In this document: piece by piece, positions 32,576-42,165 of the stretch
Layout: each line of letters begins with the position of its first letter
Position numbering within the stretch: position 1 is the stretch's first letter
Assembly: GCA_003707115.1 (NCBI GenBank)
Contig: PPNB01000008.1
Span: 62,001-126,000 of the forward strand
Source: Tortispora ganteri
Taxonomy: Eukaryota
DNA length: 64,000 nucleotides
Direction: 5' to 3'
Position numbers and translations under genes: made by a program
The notes under the pieces: generated by a model
What the model saw: only the letters and a program-made list of their open reading frames with translations
Told to the model about the DNA's origin: nothing
The model's database searches: none

Positions 32576-34522
32576 ATGAGACTTGATACAGTTTCATATG
32601 TATATGCGTTCATGGGAACGTCTATTGGCCTTGCCTTAACGCCTGACCCAATTGACTCCACAGAGCCTGGCGTATCTTCGCCGCTATTTGATCCGATCGA
32701 AATCAGTCCTCCATTGAGTCCTGAAGATATTCGTAACCTATTTAGCCCGGAAGAGCTTGAAGAGATCAAGCGTCTAGCTAATATGACACAGACGCCCGAC
32801 TTTTTAGGCATGTTCAATACCACAGATGATCAGTTCCTGAACGAATCGTTCACACAGATCATCGCAAGGTCACCAGAGACGTTTAGACAGTTGTTAGTTG
32901 CATCTAATCAAGACAGGGCCGCAGAAATGGATGAATCTTTAATGACAGTGCAGGCTCTTCCTGAACACGATGCAGAGCCAGAACCGCGAACTTGGGAATA
33001 CGAACGAATTCCATGGTGGAATTTCTGGAGGAAGGCTAAAGGCCCTTCTCAATCAGAACTGAATTACTACAAGGAAGATGTCGTGAATTTACATCAACAA
33101 CTGCTGGAACTAGCTGCTGACCCAGAAGACGCGCACAGAGAGACTATACGGTACATCACCGATTTGTTATCGTCTCTTAATTTCACAGTTGAAATATACC
33201 CATTTGTAAATGAGTACGGAGAACTGATTAATTGCAGAGAACTCGCTGAATACAGGCCCATTACAGTTGAAGAGTTCCTAGAACTCCCTAATGCCGTCAA
33301 AGCAAACGTTTATGCTTACTACGGTAATCGCACCAGCGCGAGGACTGTTATGGTATCGCATATTGGTGACAATTGGGGCACACAATTGGACGGCGCCAAC
33401 CCGTATAATGTAGAGCCGGAAACACCTTTCAACCGCCACGACCACAAAATTTACGGGACAGGATCTGCCCGGTCGAAGGCATCATTGGCAACAGTTTTGA
33501 CATCTTTTATCAGTCTTTACGCGGAAAACGAGGTTTACCCAGGCGACCTTGCTCTGCTATTTGTTGGCGGAGATGGTGCTCATGGACATGCTATGAGCTG
33601 TGCATCAAATGCAATCCAAGACATTCCTCCTAAAACAGTGCTTTTCTCTACGCAATCTTCTAACAGACTAGTTAGTGCCTACAAGGGACTGATTTGGCTG
33701 AAGATAAAAGGTATAGGCACACCTTCACCAGGCGCTAAAGCGCACAACGGACTGAGCGCCTTGAGCGTGGTATTATCTGCTGCAGACAAGATTCAGAATC
33801 TGCCCATGCCGCGGTCGGCGTTCCTTGGAAAAACCGTAACCAAAATATCTAATATATTTGCCGGTGACCTGACTGAGAACGCACCTACCTCTGCAGTTGC
33901 AGATGTTCTGATCCGCACAACTGCACACACTGACAGGATCTTGCGCATGTTGCGCGGATGTGTGAAAAACCTGACTGGAGTCTCGTTAGACATAAAGGCT
34001 GTCTATGAGCCACTGATTTTAAGCTCATGGGTCTCTGGATTTAAGGCTACTGTCAGCGATGCGCTTACGGACATACCTTTCTTCCGTGTTTCCGATACTG
34101 ACGAGACACCGAATTTTTATGCATATGGCCCGGGTGCGCCAGACACCTACAAAGCAGGTGACGAGAATATACCTGAATATTCGCTATTGAAGGCTGTGTA
34201 CGGGTACCGCAAGCTGATTCAGGCGCTTGGACGGAAACATAAATGGAGCACTGAACCTCAAGAAGGTCGAATAGTGCTTCTGCAAGAACTAGCACACTAC
34301 CTGAAACACATAGGCGCAGTTAAGAAGTACTGTGCGCAGGATTTCCGTCCTATTGACACAGAACTCGCCAACAGGATTTACAACCACCTTAACGGTAACA
34401 AGGAAAATATGCGAGCTGTCAGCTCTGTGGAAGGTGTAGAGGATATGGTTGTTATTGAAGACCTTGATATGGATAAAGACCAATGGGTCAAGCTATCAAA
34501 TGAGCTGATTGACCAAACATAG
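32576..34522 (+). CDS. Secreted M20 (ArgE/DapE-like, fungal type) peptidase homologue, predicted inactive
   Basis: Signal-like MRLDTVSYVYAFMGTSIGLA; NVYAY, GDLALLFV, TDIP, YGPG and AVYGYRKLI follow the fungal M20 layout, but the metal ligands are substituted. Confidence 0.8.
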   Translation: MRLDTVSYVYAFMGTSIGLALTPDPIDSTEPGVSSPLFDPIEISPPLSPEDIRNLFSPEELEEIKRLANMTQTPDFLGMFNTTDDQFLNESFTQIIARSPETFRQLLVASNQDRAAEMDESLMTVQALPEHDAEPEPRTWEYERIPWWNFWRKAKGPSQSELNYYKEDVVNLHQQLLELAADPEDAHRETIRYITDLLSSLNFTVEIYPFVNEYGELINCRELAEYRPITVEEFLELPNAVKANVYAYYGNRTSARTVMVSHIGDNWGTQLDGANPYNVEPETPFNRHDHKIYGTGSARSKASLATVLTSFISLYAENEVYPGDLALLFVGGDGAHGHAMSCASNAIQDIPPKTVLFSTQSSNRLVSAYKGLIWLKIKGIGTPSPGAKAHNGLSALSVVLSAADKIQNLPMPRSAFLGKTVTKISNIFAGDLTENAPTSAVADVLIRTTAHTDRILRMLRGCVKNLTGVSLDIKAVYEPLILSSWVSGFKATVSDALTDIPFFRVSDTDETPNFYAYGPGAPDTYKAGDENIPEYSLLKAVYGYRKLIQALGRKHKWSTEPQEGRIVLLQELAHYLKHIGAVKKYCAQDFRPIDTELANRIYNHLNGNKENMRAVSSVEGVEDMVVIEDLDMDKDQWVKLSNELIDQT

Positions 34523-34636
34523 CCTTAATAATTGCATTGCATTATATACATGCGACACTAGGATGTACCAACGTTGCTATGTGAAACTGTGAAGGAGTTC
34601 AGAATATCGCCCGACTTCGCGCCATTTGACTTGTAT

Positions 34637-36361
34637 ATGATCTGGTTTACGCTGATTGCGGCCGTTTTGGTTGCCTTGTTAGCATTCAGGTATACTAATA
34701 ACTCGTATATTCCTCGAATAAAAGTAACAGTACCTCCAGAGACCGAAGCTGGCTGGAAAGCGACCGAGAAACCGAGTCCCGACACAGAGACAATCATATG
34801 TAGATGCCCCTCTACAGGCCAGGTTCTTGGTCAGTATGCTTCTATGACGGGCAAAGATATTGACAATGCAGTTAAGCGGGCAGCTGAGGCTCAAATTAAC
34901 TGGGCGAAAACGTCTTTTGATGAACGCAGACAAGTTCTTAACACCTTGCGCCAATGTATTCTCGACAATCAAGCAGAGATCGCACGAATTGCTTGCCGAG
35001 ACAGCGGCAAAACTATGGTAGACGCGGCAATGGGTGAGATAATGGTCACTTTAGAAAAACTGAATTGGGTGTGCTTATATGGAGAAAAATCTATACGGAA
35101 ATCGGTGCGTCCAGGATCTAGCAACTTCTTTATGAAGTATAAGTCTGCACATGTGATCTACGAACCGCTAGGTGTTGTATCTGCATTAGTCTCGTGGAAC
35201 TATCCTCTACACAACTTCATTGGGCCCATAATTGCAGCGTTATTTACAGGAAACGCTATAGTTGTTAAATGCTCCGAGCAAGTCGTATGGAGTTCCAAGA
35301 AATTCCTTCAGATCATTCACAATGCTCTTAGATTGAACGGGTTCAATGAGAATGTAGTGCAATTGGTCTATTGTCTTCCTGAATATGCAGATGAACTCAC
35401 AGCACATCCAGGTATTTCTCATATCACATTTATTGGCTCTCGTCCTGTGGCTCACAAGGTTGTAGCCGCTGCTGCGAAAACTCTGGTTCCTGTGGTCGTT
35501 GAACTCGGCGGAAAGGACCCCCTTATTGCTCTGGATAGCTACACAGATATCAAGTCGCTTTCATCTGTAATAATGCGAGGAACATTTCAGTCATCAGGTC
35601 AAAATTGTATAGGTCTCGAGAGAATTATTGCTCAGCCTAAGAATTACGAATATCTCAAAAAGATTCTTTCGGAACGAGTGCCGAAATTGCGCGTAGGTGC
35701 ACCTCTAGACGAAGATAATATTGACATGGGGGCGACTATTGCCGACATATCACCTCGTCTAGATCCCCTGATTGCTGACGCGGTAGCTAAAGGTGCAACA
35801 CTCGTATGCGGCGGTAAGACTTATAAGCATCCGCTGTACCCGGAAGGCACATATTATTCTCCTACTTTGCTGACAGAGGTTACTAAAGACATGAAAATTG
35901 CACAAACAGAAGTATTTGGACCGGTACTGACCCTAATGAAAGCAGAATCCGAAGAAGAGATAGAAGAAATAGCTAATTCAACAGAATACGCACTAGGTGC
36001 AGCTATATATGGTTCTACCTCTGACCCGATCCTCAAGAGACTTGTGTCTAATGTAAAAGCGGGAAATATTGCAGTCAACGATTTTGCCACATTTTACGTC
36101 TGTCAACTGCCGTTTGGAGGCTGTAAAGGATCAGGGTACGGCCGATTTGGAGGCGAAGAAGGACTAGTGGGTCTCTGCAACATCAAATCCGTATGTACAG
36201 ACGCATATCCATTTATTAGCACTAAAATACCCAAACCGTTAGACTATCCTATTCCTAATATACATACAGCATGGGACTTGGTAACAGCGATTAATATGGG
36301 TTACTCAGGTATCAAAGATATTTGTTTGGCTTTGTTTACATTGGCGCAAAAAACATTATAG
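34637..36361 (+). CDS. MSC7: Membrane-anchored aldehyde dehydrogenase (ALDH15/22 type)
   Basis: N-terminal TM, SWNYPLHN, ELGGKD, catalytic GQNC, EVFGP and LPFGG; first ATG at 34637. Confidence 0.88.
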   Translation: MIWFTLIAAVLVALLAFRYTNNSYIPRIKVTVPPETEAGWKATEKPSPDTETIICRCPSTGQVLGQYASMTGKDIDNAVKRAAEAQINWAKTSFDERRQVLNTLRQCILDNQAEIARIACRDSGKTMVDAAMGEIMVTLEKLNWVCLYGEKSIRKSVRPGSSNFFMKYKSAHVIYEPLGVVSALVSWNYPLHNFIGPIIAALFTGNAIVVKCSEQVVWSSKKFLQIIHNALRLNGFNENVVQLVYCLPEYADELTAHPGISHITFIGSRPVAHKVVAAAAKTLVPVVVELGGKDPLIALDSYTDIKSLSSVIMRGTFQSSGQNCIGLERIIAQPKNYEYLKKILSERVPKLRVGAPLDEDNIDMGATIADISPRLDPLIADAVAKGATLVCGGKTYKHPLYPEGTYYSPTLLTEVTKDMKIAQTEVFGPVLTLMKAESEEEIEEIANSTEYALGAAIYGSTSDPILKRLVSNVKAGNIAVNDFATFYVCQLPFGGCKGSGYGRFGGEEGLVGLCNIKSVCTDAYPFISTKIPKPLDYPIPNIHTAWDLVTAINMGYSGIKDICLALFTLAQKTL

Positions 36362-36363
36362 CT

Positions 36364-38520
36364 TTACACATTCCTTTCAGCAAAACTCTGGATCATACCC
36401 CACTCTGTTGCAGGATACTCCACTATTTTCACACTACCATCGTTTTCGACGATGGTGTTCCCTTGAATATATTGCGATCTTGGACGACGGTTAGCTAGCA
36501 CTATTGGTCGAAATTTAGCCATATCTTCGCTCACATTCGACATAGACAGAAAAAATTCAGATCCACCTTGATAGTCTGCTGTAGTTTTGTAAATGTGCAG
36601 TTTCTGGAGATACTCTCCAACAGCTTTTACGCCATGGGAAAGAATCTTGGAACGATCCAAGATAATATGGAGATCGCTGAAGTCCTCTTTAGTGTAGGCT
36701 AATTTGATAAAATCGTCGCCTGAGTTCATGAAACACTTTAGAATAGAGAATCTAGCCTGCATATGAGGCTGTCCCCACTTCTTGGAAGACGGATCCCAGA
36801 AAAGCAGCGCCTGCAATCCCGCTCGAGCCATAAGCAAATAAGCAATGTAAAGAACGTCATCGGCGTTATCTGTGTGACCAAATATACGCAGAATATCTTT
36901 TTGTGCACATAAGTACATAGCGACACATTCGGCCCGACATTCCTCATATGCACCTGCAATTCCGCCAAAAACGCTGCTCCAAGTTTGGCCGGGTTTATAG
37001 TAGGAAGTCACTGGTTTGCCGGTGAGAGGAGATACAGGAGGAGAATTAATATCAAAATTGAAATTTCCAGGCGAAGTCTCGCTTAAAAGTTTTCCAGAAC
37101 CGTGTCCAAGCAGCTCATGAATGCCTACTTGTACTTCGAACGCCGGGCCTCTATACTCGTTGAAGAGATTGACATCCTCGTCTCTGAGAAACGGGTACTT
37201 GTCTTCCTTTGGCGATGAAGACAGGATATTCCCTAGGGACACATTTTTAAAGCCGTAGTTCATTCTGACGTCGTCGTAATTCGGAATATTTATACCGGCG
37301 GGTATGCCAGAACCTGCGAAAGTGAGGATTTCCAATGAAGTAAAGTCAGGTGGCTCAAAATGGTCCTTCTCAAAAGCCTTCGGCCAGGGAAGAAGCTTTA
37401 TATATGTTTCAGCGCTATTTACAAGCTCAGCAAAAGCCTTTGTTCTTTCCTGGTTTACCATTGCAACAAAGCCTTCCCATTCGCCACGCACACCTACTGG
37501 ATCTCTGTAAGTTTCAATGAAGCCGATATCAGTTTCGACACTTGGATTGGTGTCTTTAATCCAAAATATCTGAGACTTTTTGTGCGCCTGCATGTCGCCG
37601 TTGCGAAAAGCAACTTCGTACTGATCAAGCATATCCTTTTGGATTGAATTTGCGGCATAAGTTCTAGCGGAAGCAATAGAGTTAGCAATATATTCCATTT
37701 CGTTAGAGTGGTCCCCGTATACGACTTCCAAAGAGCCCATTCCTTCAGGAAGAGGGATAGAGGACGGTAACGGTCCAGTTTTTGAGGAAGCTACAAGCAA
37801 TTGGAACTGACCTGAGGGCTGCTTAGCGACCCGTGTGTTTTCGGGCATGATATCTAGTTTATTCAAAACAGATCCAATTTTATCTAGCTCTTCAGAAGTG
37901 ATGTCACCAATATAGTAAGCGGTTACATGACCCTTATCTGGGTATCCAAGGATATTAGCGGCTTCTGGTTCAGTGGCGTAAAGCGCGGAGACGTATTTGG
38001 AGAAGAGCTTTGAGCCGTTCGGAGATACGGAGACAATTGATTTAAAGGAATCTTCGGGCAGGCGAGGAATAAATTTGCTGTCACCAAAAGACTTATAATT
38101 ACCGAGATTGCTCAAGAATTGACTAGCGTACTCCAGCCACGCGGTGATATCTTCTTCAGAAACCCCTGAAGAATGTTTCAATTTATCTAAATTTCCATCA
38201 ACTGCGTTGTAAGTAGATACAATAGCGTCGTAAATTAGTTCACTTTCAGGACTCACTTGTCTAAGTACGACTCTGGTGCCGTAATGAGCAGCACGAGACA
38301 TGTAGTGAGCATAGAGTTGCTGTTTAGGCGTGAGTTTATCGAAGTGTTGTTTAACGTCTAAGTAAATAATTGGTGCCGAAGAATCAGCAAGTAGATGAGA
38401 ATTAGATGCCATTTTTCTAGTGTTTGATGGTGTGAAACTGCTAATAAACTGACGCAAACGTGGTATAGCTTTTAACATAACATTCTCTTTCTGAGGTGGA
38501 ACTGGGGAACACGATTTCAT
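36364..38520 (-). CDS. DPP3: Dipeptidyl peptidase III (M49); start ambiguous (38520, 38478 or 38412)
   Basis: HELLGH, EECRAE, GFIETYRDP and WGQPHMQAR. Confidence 0.95.
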   Translation of the reverse strand: MKSCSPVPPQKENVMLKAIPRLRQFISSFTPSNTRKMASNSHLLADSSAPIIYLDVKQHFDKLTPKQQLYAHYMSRAAHYGTRVVLRQVSPESELIYDAIVSTYNAVDGNLDKLKHSSGVSEEDITAWLEYASQFLSNLGNYKSFGDSKFIPRLPEDSFKSIVSVSPNGSKLFSKYVSALYATEPEAANILGYPDKGHVTAYYIGDITSEELDKIGSVLNKLDIMPENTRVAKQPSGQFQLLVASSKTGPLPSSIPLPEGMGSLEVVYGDHSNEMEYIANSIASARTYAANSIQKDMLDQYEVAFRNGDMQAHKKSQIFWIKDTNPSVETDIGFIETYRDPVGVRGEWEGFVAMVNQERTKAFAELVNSAETYIKLLPWPKAFEKDHFEPPDFTSLEILTFAGSGIPAGINIPNYDDVRMNYGFKNVSLGNILSSSPKEDKYPFLRDEDVNLFNEYRGPAFEVQVGIHELLGHGSGKLLSETSPGNFNFDINSPPVSPLTGKPVTSYYKPGQTWSSVFGGIAGAYEECRAECVAMYLCAQKDILRIFGHTDNADDVLYIAYLLMARAGLQALLFWDPSSKKWGQPHMQARFSILKCFMNSGDDFIKLAYTKEDFSDLHIILDRSKILSHGVKAVGEYLQKLHIYKTTADYQGGSEFFLSMSNVSEDMAKFRPIVLANRRPRSQYIQGNTIVENDGSVKIVEYPATEWGMIQSFAERNV

Positions 38521-39102
38521 GTACCAGCTAGACAGAGCCGTGTGCGGTGCAAATTAATGATAAAATTACAAATGAGTAAATTTTAATTAAGACAACTGGT
38601 TTAATAAGAGATAATGAATTATAACTATTTTGCCTCTTATTAGAGCAGATCTTCTATTGGTACAATCTTATACTCAATGTGAGTGGTTGGCTATGATACT
38701 ATCATATGCTGATAATATTGAACTCCATGAACTTCAATTGTATATACATACACAAATTAAATCTACAAATAGTACACCAATATGAATTATCTTAATATAT
38801 ATAACATGTATAAGACTTGATAGCACTACAATGGACTCTATATACTATTACTGAGATACTTTCACGCTTCACTTGACATAACTTTACACGTGTCTTAAGG
38901 TTCTAGATTCCAACAATAGTATCACCTACTATCTGAATTACAAGAACTATATATCTTAGTCATTTATTATGAATAATACATATTCAGACTATTAGTTGGA
39001 TAAACATATAGCGACTATGAGTCTAGTAATATTCCACTGAATTTACCCGGCTTTTAAGTAAATACACAAGAACTGTTAGTTCTCTGCATTAGATTATACA
39101 CC

Positions 39103-40407
39103 ATGAATACTGAGATCCACGATCTAAAAGAGGCAGAAAAGACTGATTTAGTCAAAGAAGATTTGAAAAATAATGTGCTTATTGATTTTAATGCTAGACG
39201 CTGCGCACAGGCGGTTGTAAACAGCTTACATTATCTTATGGAACTGGAAACCACATTTTTAGCCGTTCTAGCTAACTTTCTTGCGGCCTATGCCACTTCG
39301 AAGAGATGTAATAAGAATATACTGGATTTCATGCAGCCAGAAATCTTGCCAATACGACAAATACACGGCTCGCTTGTGTTTGCTTTGATAACAAGTGCAC
39401 GAACTGCGACTACTGATCCCATCAGATCAGCGGTCCAACTTGTTGAAGAGCTATATACTGCTGGTTACGAGCTATTACAATTTTCTTTAACTTCGGCTTT
39501 CCTAGACAGCGTCATTGAAATCTTAATAGATCATTATATCTTGAACCAAGAAGACGATCCTTTTAGGTCGCTTTTTTCAGATGGAACTGCCGTCTTGCAG
39601 ATGTTCTATATTGAACATGTCATTGAAACTTACTCGAAAACTATATCTGATTTAGCTGCCAATACAAAGGATCTTAATACAGATTTGTACGAAATAATCA
39701 TTGAGACGGAAACCAAATTCCAAAAACTTTCAGCAAATCTTGAACAGTTGACACATGAACGTGAATGCAAACTAAGACTATGGCATATGCTAATTTTGCC
39801 TTCATCTGCTCCATTCCCTGCCCCATTTCTTGGACGGCAAGTGCTTGCTGGTGTACTGCACCATGCTTATACAACAAGTACTTCACTAGTGCATGGCTTT
39901 TGTGCGGCCTTGCTGTTTCCGTATTACCTAGTAATGGCACAGGTGCTCCCGGATAACAGATGTTGCACTATGTTCATGATACCGCTCTCATTTATACAAC
40001 TTAAAAGCAGCAAAGACGGTAGTGGCCTATTGTCTTTGTCAAAATGCTCATTTAAACTAACCGCCAACGACGAAATTGATCTTGTTCTTACAGCACCTAC
40101 ACCTGCAGACAGAGATATATGGTTTTCTGCTATATCTGCTCAATTTACGATGTCGAAGTCCAATAAGGACTACACAATTTTAGATAGCTACAAAGAGTCG
40201 AGCAGTATATTGAATTATCTTCAGATACCAAACGATACGAAGATACTAAGTCAATGCTATATAAAATTTGATGGTTACATAAACGATGAGACTGAAAACC
40301 AGAAACTAAAAGAAGTGAAGAGCCTGAAAAACAGTTCAGCTATTTTTCGAATTCAGCTAGAATCTAAAGATCGTTTAGTTGTCGAAACTTGCTTGAAAGG
40401 TATATGA
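39103..40407 (+). CDS. Divergent DH-PH (RhoGEF-like) protein
   Basis: LMELETTFLAVL resembles DH helix 1; LGRQVLAGVLHHAY...LTAPTPADRDIW resembles a PH domain with the conserved terminal Trp. Confidence 0.55.
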   Translation: MNTEIHDLKEAEKTDLVKEDLKNNVLIDFNARRCAQAVVNSLHYLMELETTFLAVLANFLAAYATSKRCNKNILDFMQPEILPIRQIHGSLVFALITSARTATTDPIRSAVQLVEELYTAGYELLQFSLTSAFLDSVIEILIDHYILNQEDDPFRSLFSDGTAVLQMFYIEHVIETYSKTISDLAANTKDLNTDLYEIIIETETKFQKLSANLEQLTHERECKLRLWHMLILPSSAPFPAPFLGRQVLAGVLHHAYTTSTSLVHGFCAALLFPYYLVMAQVLPDNRCCTMFMIPLSFIQLKSSKDGSGLLSLSKCSFKLTANDEIDLVLTAPTPADRDIWFSAISAQFTMSKSNKDYTILDSYKESSSILNYLQIPNDTKILSQCYIKFDGYINDETENQKLKEVKSLKNSSAIFRIQLESKDRLVVETCLKGI

Positions 40408-40523
40408 TCAAGATACAACGTCATGTGAAGTTACTCAATACCCCACTCTGTCAACATATTGCATATTGCATACCACATACCTCTATACCAAAACCGATAC
40501 CAATACAAATGACCTTTAGTTGC

Positions 40524-40859
40524 TCAGTTTTTACTGTCTTTGCGAGCCATTTCTGTCTTAGCGAACGGTCGTTGCTGATAATGGCCTTTCTGAAGAATAT
40601 GTTTCAAAACCTCTTCTTCTTTAGAAGTACCGAATTCATTTTCTAATACCATTTTTGAGGCTGTTCCAACAATGCCCTGAGAACCGCCACCTTTTGTGGT
40701 GAAAGTAGTGAAATTAGCAACGACTTCCACTAATGGCTTGCTATTGTCTTTCCGCCACTCCATTAGCGATTCTTTGTCAATGACAATAACCATGAAATCT
40801 TCTACCTCTCCTTGGTAGAAGACATAGTGCATTATAGGGGTGTCAACTGAAGCTGGCAT
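40524..40859 (-). CDS. RTC3: SBDS N-terminal-like domain protein
   Basis: VFYQGE..DF, PLVEVV and GTASK..LENEFG..EEEV..IL.KG. Confidence 0.88.
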   Translation of the reverse strand: MPASVDTPIMHYVFYQGEVEDFMVIVIDKESLMEWRKDNSKPLVEVVANFTTFTTKGGGSQGIVGTASKMVLENEFGTSKEEEVLKHILQKGHYQQRPFAKTEMARKDSKN

Positions 40860-40990
40860 TTTTACTGATAATTGGAGTTTGAAATGTAGTTTAACCGGTT
40901 ATACGTACGACCTGTTCTTTATATATCGGAGCGTTTAAAGTTGTCGCATCACTAAATATTGAAGCTTATTTTACGTGAATCTCGTGACAG

Positions 40991-40998
40991 TGACGTCA
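40991..40998. promoter_or_regulatory. CRE site TGACGTCA upstream of RTC3
   Basis: Perfect ATF/CREB palindrome about 130 bp upstream of the ATG; minus-strand TATATAAA at about 40918-40925. Confidence 0.55.
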
Positions 40999-41505
40999 GA
41001 TCTTTTGCGTGGGTTCTTTAAAAAATTCCGTTCTTGAAGTCTATTAACTGAATGATTGCTTTTATATTCTCATATTTGTTATTCCATATTGTTTTTTTCT
41101 TTTGATATATACCAATACCCTGTTGAATGCGATTAGCAGAGTAATGCAGTCCGATAGCGGTCTGTCTGGAGTTACAAAGCAAGGTTGAATCGCGGAACTC
41201 AGGCAATTACTACCCAAAGACAGCGGCTAAATGTAGTAGCCACGACGAAAAGTGGAACGCGCTATTGGCCTTGCATATCCTCTTGAAATAAACCAATCTT
41301 TAAGCATCTTAAAGCAAGCAAGCGCCAATTCTTACCTTGCTCAGGGCGCATGATCGGTTTAAAGTTTAAGGTTTTAGGATGAATGCATTGATGTGCAAAC
41401 GCTTGTATAAGGAGGACATTTTATTAGTTACAAATAATAGCAAGCCACTTTATGCAATTTTCTCATTCTGCAAGAAATATATAGCGAAATTGAGAAGTAC
41501 TCAAT

Positions 41506-42015
41506 ATGAAAATTGTTACTGATATGCTTACTTTGGACACAGATACTATGTCTTCTAGCCGGATACAGTGGGTATGCGTAGTACTGTGTGTTCTAGGCGC
41601 AGAGTTGGCGTGCAAAAATGATATAGCAAAGGTTTTGAACGAGATAACTTTGGATAAATCTGAAGACTTTATAGAAATCTTGAGACACAAAATATGGAGA
41701 GCTAATTTGGAAACATCAATCATAGGAATTATAGAGACCGCTGTGTTCACATATACTGTCTTTTCAGTTTCATTCCATTCGCTTTACGTTTCAGCTGCGG
41801 TACTGGCTGCTCTACTCTTTATTTATTCGATCTTCAGAGTTTTAGACCGTCATAGTACAGATGATATTGAAAAAGCCACCAAAGACATATATTTGAAACA
41901 GCTATTACAATTACAGAACGACTGGGCAGGTGACCGTTGTGTCCATGCATCATATTTAATATGCACACTTGTCATTGCTCTCATAGCCGTGCTCTGCCAT
42001 GATCTGCCATCTTAA
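41506..42015 (+). CDS. Hypothetical small multi-pass membrane protein
   Basis: 169-codon ORF with about 4 hydrophobic segments; the start may be a downstream Met. Confidence 0.6.
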   Translation: MKIVTDMLTLDTDTMSSSRIQWVCVVLCVLGAELACKNDIAKVLNEITLDKSEDFIEILRHKIWRANLETSIIGIIETAVFTYTVFSVSFHSLYVSAAVLAALLFIYSIFRVLDRHSTDDIEKATKDIYLKQLLQLQNDWAGDRCVHASYLICTLVIALIAVLCHDLPS

Positions 42016-42165
42016 TACCGCTATGACTTTTTTCTTATACTTGCTTAACGTTTTTTTTTAGTTTTATCTCTTCTGCACTATCTCTAATGAACTTGCTAGC
42101 TTATGATCTCGTATTCTCTTCTTTCCCATTTCACACTTACTTCCCTTCTCCACTAAATATTCCCT

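Noticed and set aside
19940..38520. A metabolic gene cluster linking the Taspase-like gene, THR4, M20, ALDH and DPP3
   Set aside because: No shared pathway, backbone enzyme or cluster regulator; these look like unrelated neighbours
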